Shown piece after piece: positions 24,211 through 36,657 of a stretch of DNA of 64,000 nt. Numbering within the stretch: the stretch's first letter is position 1; every line of letters starts with the position of its first letter. The notes beneath the pieces were generated by a model. It was not told the origin of the DNA and searched no databases. It worked only from the letters and a program-made list of their open reading frames with translations. The DNA is from Escherichia coli. GTDB taxonomy: Bacteria > Pseudomonadota > Gammaproteobacteria > Enterobacterales > Enterobacteriaceae. Position numbers and translations under genes: made by a program. The stretch lies in assembly GCF_003334255.1 (NCBI RefSeq), contig NZ_QOWU01000011.1; one strand, written 5' to 3'.

Positions 24211-25416
24211 ATGAACGTTTTTAATCCCGCGCAGTTTCGCGCCCAGTTTCCCGCACTACAGGATGCGGGCGTCTATCTCGACAGCGCCGCGACCGCGCTT
24301 AAACCTGAAGCCGTGGTTGAAGCCACCCAACAGTTTTACAGTCTGAGCGCCGGAAACGTCCATCGCAGCCAGTTTGCCGAAGCCCAACGCCTGACCGCGC
24401 GTTATGAAGCTGCACGAGAGAAAGTGGCGCAATTACTGAATGCACCGGATGATAAAACTATCGTCTGGACGCGCGGCACCACTGAATCCATCAACATGGT
24501 GGCACAATGCTATGCGCGTCCGCGTCTGCAACCGGGCGATGAGATTATTGTCAGCGTGGCAGAACACCACGCCAACCTCGTCCCCTGGCTGATGGTCGCC
24601 CAACAAACTGGAGCCAAAGTGGTGAAATTGCCGCTTAATGCGCAGCGACTGCCGGATGTCGATTTGTTGCCAGAACTGATTACTCCCCGTAGTCGGATTC
24701 TGGCGTTGGGTCAGATGTCGAACGTTACTGGCGGTTGCCCGGATCTGGCGCGAGCGATTACCTTTGCTCATTCAGCCGGGATGGTGGTGATGGTTGATGG
24801 TGCTCAGGGGGCAGTGCATTTCCCCGCGGATGTTCAGCAACTGGATATTGATTTCTATGCTTTTTCAGGTCACAAACTGTATGGCCCGACAGGTATCGGC
24901 GTGCTGTATGGTAAATCAGAACTGCTGGAGGCGATGTCGCCCTGGCTGGGCGGCGGCAAAATGGTTCACGAAGTGAGTTTTGACGGCTTCACGACTCAAT
25001 CTGCGCCGTGGAAACTGGAAGCTGGAACGCCAAATGTCGCTGGTGTCATAGGATTAAGCGCGGCGCTGGAATGGCTGGCAGATTACGATATCAACCAGGC
25101 CGAAAGCTGGAGCCGTAGCTTAGCAACGCTGGCGGAAGATGCGCTGGCGAAACGTCCCGGCTTTCGTTCATTCCGCTGCCAGGATTCCAGCCTGCTGGCC
25201 TTTGATTTTGCTGGCGTTCATCATAGCGATATGGTGACGCTGCTGGCGGAGTACGGTATTGCCCTGCGGGCCGGGCAGCATTGCGCTCAGCCGCTACTGG
25301 CAGAATTAGGCGTAACCGGCACACTGCGCGCCTCTTTTGCGCCATATAATACAAAGAGTGATGTGGATGCGCTGGTGAATGCCGTTGACCGCGCGCTGGA
25401 ATTATTGGTGGATTAA
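24211..25416 (+). CDS. csdA: Cysteine desulfurase / sulfinate desulfinase (PLP, class V)
   Basis: ORF 24175..25416 trimmed to [35 protein letters not shown] (401 aa); motif [10 protein letters not shown]. Confidence 0.9.
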
Positions 25417-25859
25417 TGACAAACCCGCAATTCGCCGGACATCCGTTCGGCACAACCGTAACCGCAGAAACGTTACGCAATACCTTCGCACCGTTGACGC
25501 AATGGGAAGATAAATATCGCCAGTTGATCATGCTGGGGAAACAGCTTCCGGCATTGCCAGACGAGTTAAAAGCGCAGGCTAAAGAGATTGCCGGATGCGA
25601 AAACCGCGTCTGGCTGGGATATACAGTGGCTGAAAACGGCAAAATGCATTTCTTTGGCGACAGCGAAGGGCGCATTGTGCGCGGCCTGCTGGCGGTGTTG
25701 TTGACTGCCGTTGAGGGGAAAACCGCCGCCGAGTTGCAGGCACAGTCACCACTGGCATTGTTTGATGAGCTGGGATTACGTGCGCAGCTTAGCGCCTCAC
25801 GCAGCCAGGGGTTAAATGCGTTAAGCGAGGCGATTATCGCTGCGACGAAGCAGGTTTAA
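25416..25859 (+). CDS. csdE: SufE-like sulfur acceptor for CsdA
   Basis: 147 aa [25 protein letters not shown]..., active-site Cys in GCENRVWL; start overlaps csdA stop (TAATG). Confidence 0.9.
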
Positions 25860-25870
25860 GCACAGAACCG

Positions 25871-25902
25871 GGTCGGATAAGACGTTCGCGTCTCATCCGA
25901 CC
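25871..25902. terminator. Hairpin between convergent csdE and tcdA
   Basis: ggtcggataagacg-ttcg-cgtctcatccgacc, 14 bp stem with one mismatch. Confidence 0.5.
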
Positions 25903-25909
25903 TGATTGT

Positions 25910-26716
25910 TTAACCCTGACGCGCCGCTTTCGCCATCATCTTCTTCAGCGCATGAGAAACCGCAACAAACCCAAAGGTGGCGGTCACCATCGTTGCCGCG
26001 CCAAATCCAGATGCACAATCCATCCGCTTCGGCCCTTCTGCCGTGGCTTTCATCGCACACACCGTACCGTCTGACTGCGGGTACACCAGCGCTTCAGTAG
26101 AAAACACGCAATCCACGCCGAGCTTACCTTTACTGTTTTTCACTACGCCAAAATCGCTTTTCAGGCGCTCGCGCAACTTCGCCGCCAGCGGGTCCTGAAT
26201 CGTTTTCGCCAGATCGGTAACCTGAATCTGCGTCGGATCAATCTGCCCACCCGCGCCACCGGTTGTGACCAGTGGGATTTTATTGCGCCGACAATAAGCA
26301 ATCAGCGCCGCTTTGGGCCGTACACTATCAATGGCATCAATCACGTACGAATAACCCACGCTCATATACTGCGCTACGTTATCCGGCGTCACGAAATCAT
26401 CCACCACCGTTACACGGCACTCCGGGTTAATCTGGCGAATACGCTCCGCCATAACTTCCGCTTTTGCCAGCCCAACGTTATCGCGCAGGGCATGAATTTG
26501 CCGATTGGTATTGGTGACGCACACATCATCCATATCGATAAGCGTGATTGCGCCAATCCCCGTGCGCGCCAGCGCTTCCGCCGCCCAGGAACCGACACCA
26601 CCGATACCAACCACACAAATATGCGCGTCAGCAAACAGTTGCAACGCTTTTTCACCATACAGACGCGCTGTGCCACCAAAACGCTGACGCCATGCATCAC
26701 TAATTACCACAGACAT
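25910..26716 (-). CDS. tcdA: tRNA threonylcarbamoyladenosine dehydratase (ThiF/MoeB-like E1)
   Basis: 268 aa ORF with nucleotide-binding GIGGVGSW. Confidence 0.9.
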   Translation of the reverse strand: MSVVISDAWRQRFGGTARLYGEKALQLFADAHICVVGIGGVGSWAAEALARTGIGAITLIDMDDVCVTNTNRQIHALRDNVGLAKAEVMAERIRQINPECRVTVVDDFVTPDNVAQYMSVGYSYVIDAIDSVRPKAALIAYCRRNKIPLVTTGGAGGQIDPTQIQVTDLAKTIQDPLAAKLRERLKSDFGVVKNSKGKLGVDCVFSTEALVYPQSDGTVCAMKATAEGPKRMDCASGFGAATMVTATFGFVAVSHALKKMMAKAARQG

Positions 26717-26739
26717 AGCACCTCAGAATTAAAAAGGGC

Positions 26740-26919
26740 GAGGTTATCCCTCACCCTAAACGCATAAATGCCTGATGCGCTACGCTTATCAGGCCTACAT
26801 AACTCCTGCAATATTTTGGATTTGCATGATTTGTAGGCCGGATAAGGCGTTCACGCCGCATCCGGCATGAACAACGCGCACTTAGTCAATAATCAGGATG
26901 TGAGGTTACCCCTCACCCT
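26740..26919. repeat. REP pair (BIME-like) flanked by 18 bp direct repeat
   Basis: REP gcctgatgcgctacgcttatcaggcctac (26770-26798) and inverted REP gtaggccggataaggcgttcacgccgcatccggc (26833-26866); flanks gaggttatccctcaccct (26740-26757) and gaggttacccctcaccct (26902-26919). Confidence 0.6.
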
Positions 26920-26954
26920 GTCATATCCGTAAAAACGGCATACAGAATATCACA

Positions 26955-28052
26955 TCAGCCGCTAAAGACGTTACCTGCGCCCGGGGCGGTTTTCAGCACC
27001 CAGACACGTCCATAGTGGTTGTACCAACCTGCGCGGTGTCCGGCTTCCGGCCCGATCCCTTGATAGATATCGAAGTGTTGGCCTTTGATTGCACCACCGA
27101 CATCCAGCGCCACCATCAGACGCAGTTCGTACTGACCATTAAATTTGCCGTTATTATCCAGCAACGGCACTTCTGCCAGCAAGGTAGTACCTGGCGGAAT
27201 AATGGAACGATCAGAGGCAACTGACGCGCGACCAACCAGCGGCACCGCACTTGCCCCTTTCACCGGAGCAAAAGATTGCGGTTTAAAGAAGACGAAAGAC
27301 GGGTTCTGTTCCAGCAGCTCGCGAACCTCGGCTTCACTGTGTGTTTCGCCCCAGTGACGAATCGCCTGCATCGACATATCTTCTTTTTTCACTTCGCCAC
27401 GGTCGATCAGCACCTTACCAATGCTGCGATAGGCATGACCGTTTTTCCCTGCATAGCTGAAAAAGTTAAGCGGACTGCCATCACCAAAGTCGATATACCC
27501 ACTACCCTGCACATCCATAATGAAGTTATCCATCAGGGAGTTACTGTAAGCGAGAATATATTTATCACTCAATGCCCCCGCGTAGATCTCCGCACGAGAC
27601 GGCAGACGACCACGTTTTGGCGGCATACGGTAAATAGGATACTGGAACTCGCCCTGGCGGGTATGGCGCGCCTGAATTACCGGCGTGTAATAACCGGTAA
27701 ACTGCACGTTACCATAGTTGTCGGCACCTTCCATCTGCCAGGCATCAATGCCGAACTGGCGCATATTGCGGGTATCACCGCCTGCGCGCAGCCACTCTTG
27801 CACCGCGTTATAAACATTACTCTGGTTGCCATACAGACGCGGTGACGAATTACGGATATGGTTAATTTGCTCGGCAAAATCACCGGCGTTAATCGGCGCG
27901 CCAACGGCATCTGGCTGGTTCACCAGAGAGAAAGGCTGGGTAAATTTCCCGTCTTTATATTGCTGTCCGCGATCGGTTGGTTTGGAAGAGCAGGCGGCAA
28001 GCATTGCCACAACCGTGCCCATAAGAAGGTACTTTACCCAACGTCCTTTCAT
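26955..28052 (-). CDS. mltA: Membrane-bound lytic murein transglycosylase A (lipoprotein)
   Basis: ORF 26955..28481 trimmed to MKGRWVKYLLMGTVVAMLAACSSKPTDRG (365 aa); lipobox LAACSS. Confidence 0.9.
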   Translation of the reverse strand: MKGRWVKYLLMGTVVAMLAACSSKPTDRGQQYKDGKFTQPFSLVNQPDAVGAPINAGDFAEQINHIRNSSPRLYGNQSNVYNAVQEWLRAGGDTRNMRQFGIDAWQMEGADNYGNVQFTGYYTPVIQARHTRQGEFQYPIYRMPPKRGRLPSRAEIYAGALSDKYILAYSNSLMDNFIMDVQGSGYIDFGDGSPLNFFSYAGKNGHAYRSIGKVLIDRGEVKKEDMSMQAIRHWGETHSEAEVRELLEQNPSFVFFKPQSFAPVKGASAVPLVGRASVASDRSIIPPGTTLLAEVPLLDNNGKFNGQYELRLMVALDVGGAIKGQHFDIYQGIGPEAGHRAGWYNHYGRVWVLKTAPGAGNVFSG

Positions 28053-28219
28053 TGTTCTCTTCTTCAGGTTAAAAAATAAGGCGCAACGAAGATAACAAAC
28101 CGCCGCGTTTAATGAAATGAGCAGCCTCTCCCTGACGCAAATTTTGCACAAAAAATAGGCTTTAGTGATTTGTTTTTGTTCAAAATCATGCCAAATCCGT
28201 GATCGGGGTAAAAAAAAGG

Positions 28220-28247
28220 TTGCATGAAAACGCGAGCGGAGTATAGT
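28220..28247 (+). promoter_or_regulatory. sigma70 promoter for the tRNA-fMet gene (-35 ttgcat, 16 bp spacer, -10 tatagt) with upstream A-tract
   Basis: Hexamers read directly; -10 ends 13 nt before the mature tRNA 5' end. Confidence 0.55.
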
Positions 28248-28260
28248 GCGCATCCACGGA

Positions 28261-28337
<77 letters not shown>

Positions 28338-28345
28338 ATTATTGA

Positions 28346-28368
28346 ACACCCTAACGGGTGTTTTTTTG
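28346..28368 (+). terminator. Rho-independent terminator after tRNA-fMet
   Basis: acaccc-taa-cgggtgt hairpin followed by ttttttt; a second hairpin gcgccattcagcgcc plus T-run follows at 28390-28410. Confidence 0.6.
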
Positions 28369-28410
28369 TTTCTGGTCTCCCATAAAAAAGCGCCATTCAG
28401 CGCCTTTTTA

Positions 28411-29664
28411 TCATCCCCTTCTCGCCAGCGTCGCCCCATCGGCAAAATACGCTTTAATCCCCGCAAGAATAGACTCCGCAACTTCCTGCTGGAAAGTCGC
28501 CGTTTTCAGTTTACGCTCTTCCTCAACGTTACTGATAAACGCCGTTTCGACCAGAATGGAGGGAATATCTGGTGCCTTTAGTACGGCAAACCCGGCCTGT
28601 TCAACTTGATTTTTATGCAGCTTGTTGATTTTACCGAGCTTATTCAGTACCGCTTTACCAAACTTCAGGCTGTCGGCAATGGTCAGCGACTGTACCATAT
28701 CGAACATGGTGTGGTCGACATAGCGGTCACCGCTTTTGCTCACGCCACCAATCAAGTCCGAGGCGTTCTGGGTTTGTGCCAGATATTTTGCCGCAGTACT
28801 GGTTGCACCTTTGGTTGAGAGCGCAAACACAGAGGAACCGCTCGGCTGACGACTGGTAAAGGCGTCGGCATGGATAGAGACAAACAGGTCAGCACGCTGT
28901 TTCTGGGCTTTTGCTACGCGCACTTGCAATGGAATGAAGATGTCTTCATTGCGCGTCATGTACACCTTCATATTGCCCTCTTTCTCGATCAGAGAGCGCA
29001 AACGGCGAGCTATTTGCAATACCACATCTTTTTCGCGCGTTTTGTATTTCCCCACCGCACCGGAGTCTTCGCCACCGTGGCCAGGGTCAAGCATAATGAC
29101 AATCGGACGATCGCGCCCTGCTTTACCCGGTTGTGGACCACTTTGCGCTGGCGGCACCTGCTTTTCGAGGTCGCCTTTGTTGTAATCCTCCAGCAGCGCC
29201 AGCAGCGGGTCCTGCATATCCTGTGCATTGGCCGGATAGAGGTCCATCACCAGACGCTCTTTAAACCCGGCGACCGGCGCAAGGGCAAACAGCTGCGGTT
29301 TTACGTTTTGCTTTAATTCAAAAACCATCCGTACGGTTTGCGGGTCAAATTGCCCGACGCGCGCCGACTTGATGAACGGGTCGTCTGCACGAATTTGTGC
29401 CGCCATCCCCTTGAGTACCGAGTTCAGGTTTACATCTTCGATATCCACCACCACGCGTTCAGGGTTACTCAACGCGAACTGCTTATATTTCAGCTGACGA
29501 TTTGATTCCACCGTCACGCGGGTGTAGCTGGACGCAGGCCAGACGCGCACCGCCACGACCTGGCTGACCGCAGCCAGACTGACCTGACTTACGCTCAATA
29601 GCCACATGGCACCCGCGCCTTGCAGTAAACGACGACGGCTGATTGCAGTGTTGGATCCTGACAT
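28411..29664 (-). CDS. amiC: N-acetylmuramoyl-L-alanine amidase (Tat-exported)
   Basis: ORF 28411..29754 trimmed to [23 protein letters not shown] (417 aa); twin-arginine signal. Confidence 0.9.
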
Positions 29665-29846
29665 GCCTCTCCCGAGCAAAAGAAATCTAAGCTGTGTAAC
29701 AAGTAAACGACTAATTTGACCGGAAACTTTAGCGAAAGACGCATAATCTGTCATCTAATAAACGGTAAACATTCTTTTTATATTCACGGCATTACTGATA
29801 AAAAAGTCGCTCTCGCATAAAATTTACACTTGCACCCTGCGAAAAA

Positions 29847-29883
29847 ACAGAATAAAAATACACTAATTTCGAATAATCATGCA
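29847..29883. promoter_or_regulatory. Two ARG-box-like ArgR operator sites overlapping the argA promoter
   Basis: acagaataaaaatacact and atttcgaataatcatgca resemble the TGAAT-w4-ATTCA ARG box, 13-50 bp upstream of the argA start. Confidence 0.5.
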
Positions 29884-29895
29884 AAGAGGTGTGCC

Positions 29896-31227
29896 GTGGT
29901 AAAGGAACGTAAAACCGAGTTGGTCGAGGGATTCCGCCATTCGGTTCCCTATATCAATACCCACCGGGGAAAAACGTTTGTCATCATGCTCGGCGGTGAA
30001 GCCATTGAGCATGAGAATTTCTCCAGTATCGTTAATGATATCGGGTTGTTGCACAGCCTCGGCATCCGTCTGGTGGTGGTCTATGGCGCACGTCCGCAGA
30101 TCGACGCAAATCTGGCTGCGCATCACCACGAACCGCTGTATCACAAGAATATACGTGTGACCGACGCCAAAACACTGGAACTGGTGAAGCAGGCTGCGGG
30201 AACATTGCAACTGGATATTACTGCTCGCCTGTCGATGAGTCTCAATAACACGCCGCTGCAGGGCGCGCATATCAACGTCGTCAGTGGCAATTTTATTATT
30301 GCCCAGCCGCTGGGCGTCGATGACGGCGTGGATTACTGCCATAGCGGGCGTATCCGGCGGATTGATGAAGACGCGATCCATCGTCAACTGGACAGCGGTG
30401 CAATAGTGCTAATGGGGCCGGTCGCTGTTTCAGTCACTGGCGAGAGCTTTAACCTGACCTCGGAAGAGATTGCCACTCAACTGGCCATCAAACTGAAAGC
30501 TGAAAAGATGATTGGTTTTTGCTCTTCCCAGGGCGTCACTAATGACGACGGTGATATTGTCTCCGAACTTTTCCCTAACGAAGCGCAAGCGCGGGTAGAA
30601 GCCCAGGAAGAGAAAGGCGATTACAACTCCGGTACGGTGCGCTTTTTGCGTGGCGCAGTGAAAGCCTGCCGCAGCGGCGTGCGTCGCTGTCATTTAATCA
30701 GTTATCAGGAAGATGGCGCGCTGTTGCAAGAGTTGTTCTCACGCGACGGTATCGGTACGCAGATTGTGATGGAAAGCGCCGAGCAGATTCGTCGCGCAAC
30801 AATCAACGATATTGGCGGTATTCTGGAGTTGATTCGCCCACTGGAGCAGCAAGGTATTCTGGTACGCCGTTCTCGCGAGCAGCTGGAGATGGAAATCGAC
30901 AAATTCACCATTATTCAGCGCGATAACACGACTATTGCCTGCGCCGCGCTCTATCCGTTCCCGGAAGAGAAGATTGGGGAAATGGCCTGTGTGGCAGTTC
31001 ACCCGGATTACCGCAGTTCATCAAGGGGTGAAGTTCTGCTGGAACGCATTGCCGCTCAGGCGAAGCAGAGCGGCTTAAGCAAATTGTTTGTGCTGACCAC
31101 GCGCAGTATTCACTGGTTCCAGGAACGTGGATTTACCCCAGTGGATATTGATTTACTGCCCGAGAGCAAAAAGCAGTTGTACAACTACCAGCGTAAATCC
31201 AAAGTGTTGATGGCGGATTTAGGGTAA
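29896..31227 (+). CDS. argA: N-acetylglutamate synthase
   Basis: ORF 29830..31227 trimmed to GTG 29896 ([26 protein letters not shown]..., 443 aa) with AGAGG RBS; C-terminal GNAT region. Confidence 0.85.
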   Translation: MVKERKTELVEGFRHSVPYINTHRGKTFVIMLGGEAIEHENFSSIVNDIGLLHSLGIRLVVVYGARPQIDANLAAHHHEPLYHKNIRVTDAKTLELVKQAAGTLQLDITARLSMSLNNTPLQGAHINVVSGNFIIAQPLGVDDGVDYCHSGRIRRIDEDAIHRQLDSGAIVLMGPVAVSVTGESFNLTSEEIATQLAIKLKAEKMIGFCSSQGVTNDDGDIVSELFPNEAQARVEAQEEKGDYNSGTVRFLRGAVKACRSGVRRCHLISYQEDGALLQELFSRDGIGTQIVMESAEQIRRATINDIGGILELIRPLEQQGILVRRSREQLEMEIDKFTIIQRDNTTIACAALYPFPEEKIGEMACVAVHPDYRSSSRGEVLLERIAAQAKQSGLSKLFVLTTRSIHWFQERGFTPVDIDLLPESKKQLYNYQRKSKVLMADLG

Positions 31228-31241
31228 GCGATGAAAATCGT

Positions 31242-31278
31242 CGGATGCGACATGCGTAACACTCGTACGTCGCATCCG
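31242..31278. terminator. Hairpin between convergent argA and recD (REP-like)
   Basis: cggatgcgac...gtcgcatccg 10 bp stem. Confidence 0.5.
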
Positions 31279-31288
31279 GCAATTACGT

Positions 31289-33115
31289 TTATTCCCGTGA
31301 ACTAAACAACGCCGCCAGACCACTGCGCCGCTCAGTACGAGTGGCGATTGCCGCACTTAATATGCGCTCATCGGCATACAGCGACAGACGGCGACGCGCG
31401 CGGGTCACCGCGGTATAAACCAGCTCTCGCGTTACTACCGGCGTGCGTTGGCTCGGCAAAATCAACGCCGCATGGTCGAACTCCGATCCCTGCGATTTAT
31501 GTACCGTCATCGCCCACGTAGTTTCGTGCTCTGGCAAGCGACTCGGTTGCACAGACTTAATATTGCCGTCCGGCATCGCAAACCAGACGCGCGTCCCCTG
31601 CCCGCGATCCAGCGCAATACCGATATCGCCATTAAACAACCCAAGCGCGCTGTCATTACGGGCAATCATCACCGGTCGACCTTCGTACCAACGAGAGTGC
31701 GGATGACGATGAATTTTGCGCTTCTGTTGCATAAACTGCTCAATTCGCTCATTCAGTCCAGCCACGCCAAACGGCCCTTCCCGCAGGGCGCACAAAAGCT
31801 GGTACTCATTGAACGCCTGAATGATTAAATCCGGCTCGGCACGCGCTTGCAGCAGATCCAGATAACGTCCGTAACCCGCAAGAGCTTCCTCAAGCATCGC
31901 AATATAATCTTCGCCGCTCTGTAAAAGCCGTTTTTCGATATCAGTAAAATCCTGCTGAAAAACGGTTTTCACTGCCGTTTTATCACCACGGTTGATCGCC
32001 GCAGCTAACTGACCAATGCCAGAATCGCTGCCGAAACGATAGCTTTTTTGCAGCAGGCAGAGACTGTCGCGCAAAGATGCCGCTTCTGTGCCGGTTCCTG
32101 CCGGAACGTGAGTCCCCGTCAGGCGGCTTAGCTGCCTGGCACGCTCGGCGGTAAAGCCCGCGTTGGCATAAGCGCAGATATCGCCCAGCACAGCCCCAGC
32201 CTCAACCGAGGCCAGTTGATCACGATCGCCGAGAAAGATCACTCGCGCATGATCGGGCAAGGCGTCGATCAGTCTCGACATCATAGGCAGATCGATCATT
32301 GACGCTTCATCTACCACCAGCACATCAAGATGCAGCGGGTTACCGGCATGATGACGTAAACGCTGGCTACCCGGCTGCGCGCCCAGCAATCGGTGCAAAG
32401 TGCTGGCATCTTCCGGAATGCGTTTCTTTTGTTCATCGGTCAGCGGTAACTGTCGCAAAGCCTTGCCGAGAGATTCGGTTAAGCGCGCGGCAGCTTTACC
32501 CGTTGGTGCAGCCAGACGGATACGGCAGCGTTCGCCGTCGGCCATTTGAATTAACGCTGCCAGCAACTTCGCTACGGTGGTCGTTTTACCGGTGCCAGGG
32601 CCGCCGGAAATCACCGAGATCCGCCGCGTCAGCGCCACTGCCGCCGCAACTTTTTGCCAGTTAATTTCATCGCTTACTGGAAAAAGTTTGTCCAGGGTTT
32701 GCGCCAGTAGAGCTTCATCAACCTCAATGGCATGATTCACTTCGTTGAAAAAGCGTGCCACTGTGCGCTCGTTACACCACATGCGATTCAAATAAAGACG
32801 ATCGCCACAGAGGATCATCGGCGTGGGTTCATCTCCCCTGCTGACCGCTTGAGAAGCCAGCAAGCATTCTTCCCAATTTTGTAGCTCACCGATTTCACTG
32901 ACACAGGTCGCCAACAGCGGATGCGACGCCTCGTTATTTTCCAGTCGTGAAAGCGGCAAACAAACGTGTCCCTCTCCGGCATCATGACTTAACAGTGCCG
33001 CCGCGAGGGTGACGGCAGGATGTTCATCTCCCGCCACGGTCAGGGCAAATTGCACATCCAGCGGGCGTAGCTGTTTGTGCTCCACAGCTTCCAGTAATTG
33101 CTTTTGCAATTTCAT
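31289..33115 (-). CDS. recD: RecBCD helicase/nuclease subunit RecD
   Basis: 608 aa ORF, Walker [12 protein letters not shown]. Confidence 0.95.
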
Positions 33116-36100
33116 TACGCCTCCTCCAGGGTCATACCGGCAAACATCTCATCCATCAGGGCAATCAACCCGGCGTTGGGTCGGGTTGTGTAAATCCCCT
33201 GTTGCGGATGTTCTTTATCAACGCCACGCAGGAACAGATAAATAACGCCGCCAAAGTGGTGCTCATAGTCGTAATCAGCAATGCGATGGCGCAGATAACG
33301 ATGCAGCGCCAGGGTATAAAGCTGATATTGCAGATCATAGCGGTGTGCCTGCATTGCCGCTGCCATAGCCTGTTGGGTGTAAGCCGAACTGTCTTCACCC
33401 AACCAGTTGGATTTATAGTCGAGCAGGTAATAACGCCCTTCGTGGCGGAACACCAGGTCGATAAAGCCTTTTAATATGCCACGTACCTGCATGAACTCCA
33501 GCGGCGGGCAGCCTGCGGATAGCGGGTCAAACTGGCGGATTAACGTATCAAGCTGACTGGCGATAAGCGGTTCACTAATCGGCAGATAAAACTCCATCTC
33601 CACCTGTTTATTGCGGGCGGAAAGTTGACTCAGGCTTACGCCGGTTTCATTGAGAGGTGCCTGGAGGACAGCCGTGATCCACTCGGTCAATACCGGTTCC
33701 CACTGCGATTCAAAGCCGCCGAGTTCCAGTTTTTCCCGCACCCAGTTCGGGTCAACCGGCTGGGTAAAATCCAGGTCTTCAAACAAACTGTGCAAGAACG
33801 TCCCCGGTGACGCACCGCGCGGAAACTGATGTGGTGTTAACGTCGGTTCTTCAACGACGCTGGCAACGCCTGCAGCATCGACATCCAGCCGAGGCATCAA
33901 ATCCTGGGCGATACCGTGACCACGCTGTTGCAAACCAGAGTAGCTGGTGACGCGCCAGTTATCGCCGGGCAATCGTTGTAACGTCTTCGCATTCAGCTCT
34001 GCTGTAGAAACATCATTAACCTGCCAGGGTTGGTTATCACCAGTTTGTGCCGTTTGCCAGGCAATATCATCATCGCATAACGCTTCAATACAGGTGCGAA
34101 GCCCTGCCGCATCTTGCGGTTCCCCTTTTTGCAGCAAACGCCCGAGCGCACTTTGGTGGACGTCGGTGTCACCTTTTTTATCGCCACGACGGCGCACCAG
34201 CGGTGCAACGCCGAGACTGCAATGCCAAACCGAACGTGTCAGCGCCACGTAAAGCAAACGCAGATCTTCCGCCAGACGTTCGGCCTCCGCGAGGTCGACG
34301 CTTTCTGGCGCAGCATTAAGATCCAGAACTGCCTCAAACGAGTGGCGATCGTGATAAAACGCCTGCTCCTGGACGCGGAAATTGGTGATAAACGGCAGCC
34401 AGACCAATGGATATTCCAGCCCTTTCGATTTGTGGATCGTGACAATCTGCACCAGATGTTTATCACTTTCGAGACGCATTTGTTGGCTGGAGGCATTACT
34501 GTCTGGCTCGAGGATATGTTGCGATAACCAGCGTACCAGCGCATGTTCACTTTCCAGCTGCGTTCCGGCTTCTTGTAGCAGTTCGCTGATATGCAAGATA
34601 TCGGTAAGACGCCGCTCACCGCCTGCCGTTGCCAGCAAGTTTTCAGCAATGTTACGCGCCGACATCAGCGCCCGCAGCATCGGCATAACGCCACGTTTGC
34701 GCCAGATTTGCCGATAACCATCGAACTCTTCGACTACCACATCCCACGCATGTTCGTCATTGTTCAGCGTTTCGATATCCAGCGCGTTCAGCCCCATCAT
34801 TGACGTTGCCAGCGCACTACGCAGGGTGTTCTCACGTTCGGGCGTCATCACCGCCTGCAACAACCAAAGCATTTCCTGCGCTTCCAGAGTTTCAAAAACA
34901 CTGTCGCGGTTCGAAAGGTAAACGGAAGGGATTTCCAGCAACGTTAAGGCATCGCGCACCTGGGCGGCCTCCTGGCGGCTGCGCACCAGCACACTGATGT
35001 CCGAAGCACGCACCGGACGCGCGTCGTCGCCGTTCATCAGCAACGCTTCGCCCCGCTGTCCGGCTTGTAGCCAGTCGCGGATTTGCGCAGCACATACCTG
35101 CGCCATGGTACTTTGATAATCGCCAACGCCGCAGCTTTCGCCTTCCATCAGCCACATTTTCATCGCAGGCTGTGTTTCACCTTTAAATACAAAACGTAAC
35201 GCCTGATTTTTCCCGGCTGATTTCACTGGAATAAACGGTATTTCGCGAAACATGAACGCGTCATCAGTCTGGCTGAAAAGCTTATTCACGCTGTTCACCA
35301 TTCCTGGTGCGGAACGCCAGTTGGTGTCTAAAGTGTAGTGGGCGTGAACTTCGCTACGCGCCTTCATATAAGTGAAGATATCCGCACCCCGGAATGCATA
35401 TATGGCCTGCTTCGGGTCGCCAATTAGCAACAATGCGGTTTCCGGCTGATGGTGCCAGATACGGCGAAAAATTCGGTACTGCTGGGGGTCGGTATCCTGA
35501 AATTCATCGATCATTGCCACCGGGAATCGCGTACGGATCGCCGCTGCCAACACCTCACCGCTTTCGCTACGCAGCGCGGAATCGAGCCGACTTAACATGT
35601 CATCAAAACCCAATTCGCCACGGCGGCGTTTTTCACGCGCTACTGTTTCGCGGATCTCAGCCAATGCGCGGGTGATCACCAGATCGCGGATCGACAATGG
35701 TTCTGCAAGCAGTTGATCGATCGCCTCAAACAGTGGATGTCGCGGGGTTTCCCCCCCGGCCTTCGTGCGATCTTCTAAGAAACGCTGGGAGAATTTTTCC
35801 AGCGACTCCGGCAACTGATAACTGTTTGTCTCTTCTTCTGCCCAGGCGCTGATCTTGTCGATCCATTTAGCCTGATTGCTACGGTTAAACTTGCGTCGAT
35901 CAATACCAGAAGATTCGATCAGCGCATCCAGTTCACCCACTGCGTCGCGCCACTGCTGTTTTACCGTATCAATACGCGCCACAATTTGCGCGTGACGGGA
36001 AGCCAGCGTTTCATCATCGGGCGGCGGTGCTTTGATAACCGGCGCTTCGCCTTGCAGATAACGATTAATATCGCGCAGCAACGCCTGCGGCCCTTTCCAG

Positions 36101-36657
36101 GTTTCAAAGACGACCTGGGCTATTTCACGCGGCAGCGGGTAGCAGTGGCGACGCCAGAAATCGGCGCAGGCCTGGTAGCGTAGCAGAGACTCATCTTCAA
36201 TCAGCTGCTGCTCAAACAGCATGCCGGATTCAAAGGCATTCAGGTTGAGCATGCGCTGGCAAAAGCCGTGAATAGTAAAGACTGCCGCTTCATCCATCTG
36301 CCGTTCGGCTAACAACAACCACTGCGCGGCTTGCGCTTTATCGTCGATCTCTTCCAGCAGGCGTTCGTACAGTGGATTGTCGGTGGTTTCACGCAGACAG
36401 GCGATGCGCAACTCGTGGATATTGCTACGGATACGACCGCGCAATTCTGCCGTGGCAGCCTCGGTAAAGGTGACCACCAGCAGTTCTTCAACGGTCAGCG
36501 GGCGGGGAAAGGCGGCGGAACCGCCTAGTCCAAGTAACAGGCGCAAATAGAGCGCCGCAATCGTAAAGGTTTTGCCTGTGCCGGCAGAGGCTTCAATCAG
36601 GCGCTCACCCTGTAAGGGCAAGCGCAAAGGATCTAGTGTCTCGGCGACATCACTCAT
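33115..36657 (-). CDS. recB: RecBCD helicase/nuclease subunit RecB
   Basis: ORF 33115..36666 trimmed to [37 protein letters not shown] (1180 aa); Walker A; stop overlaps recD start. Confidence 0.95.
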
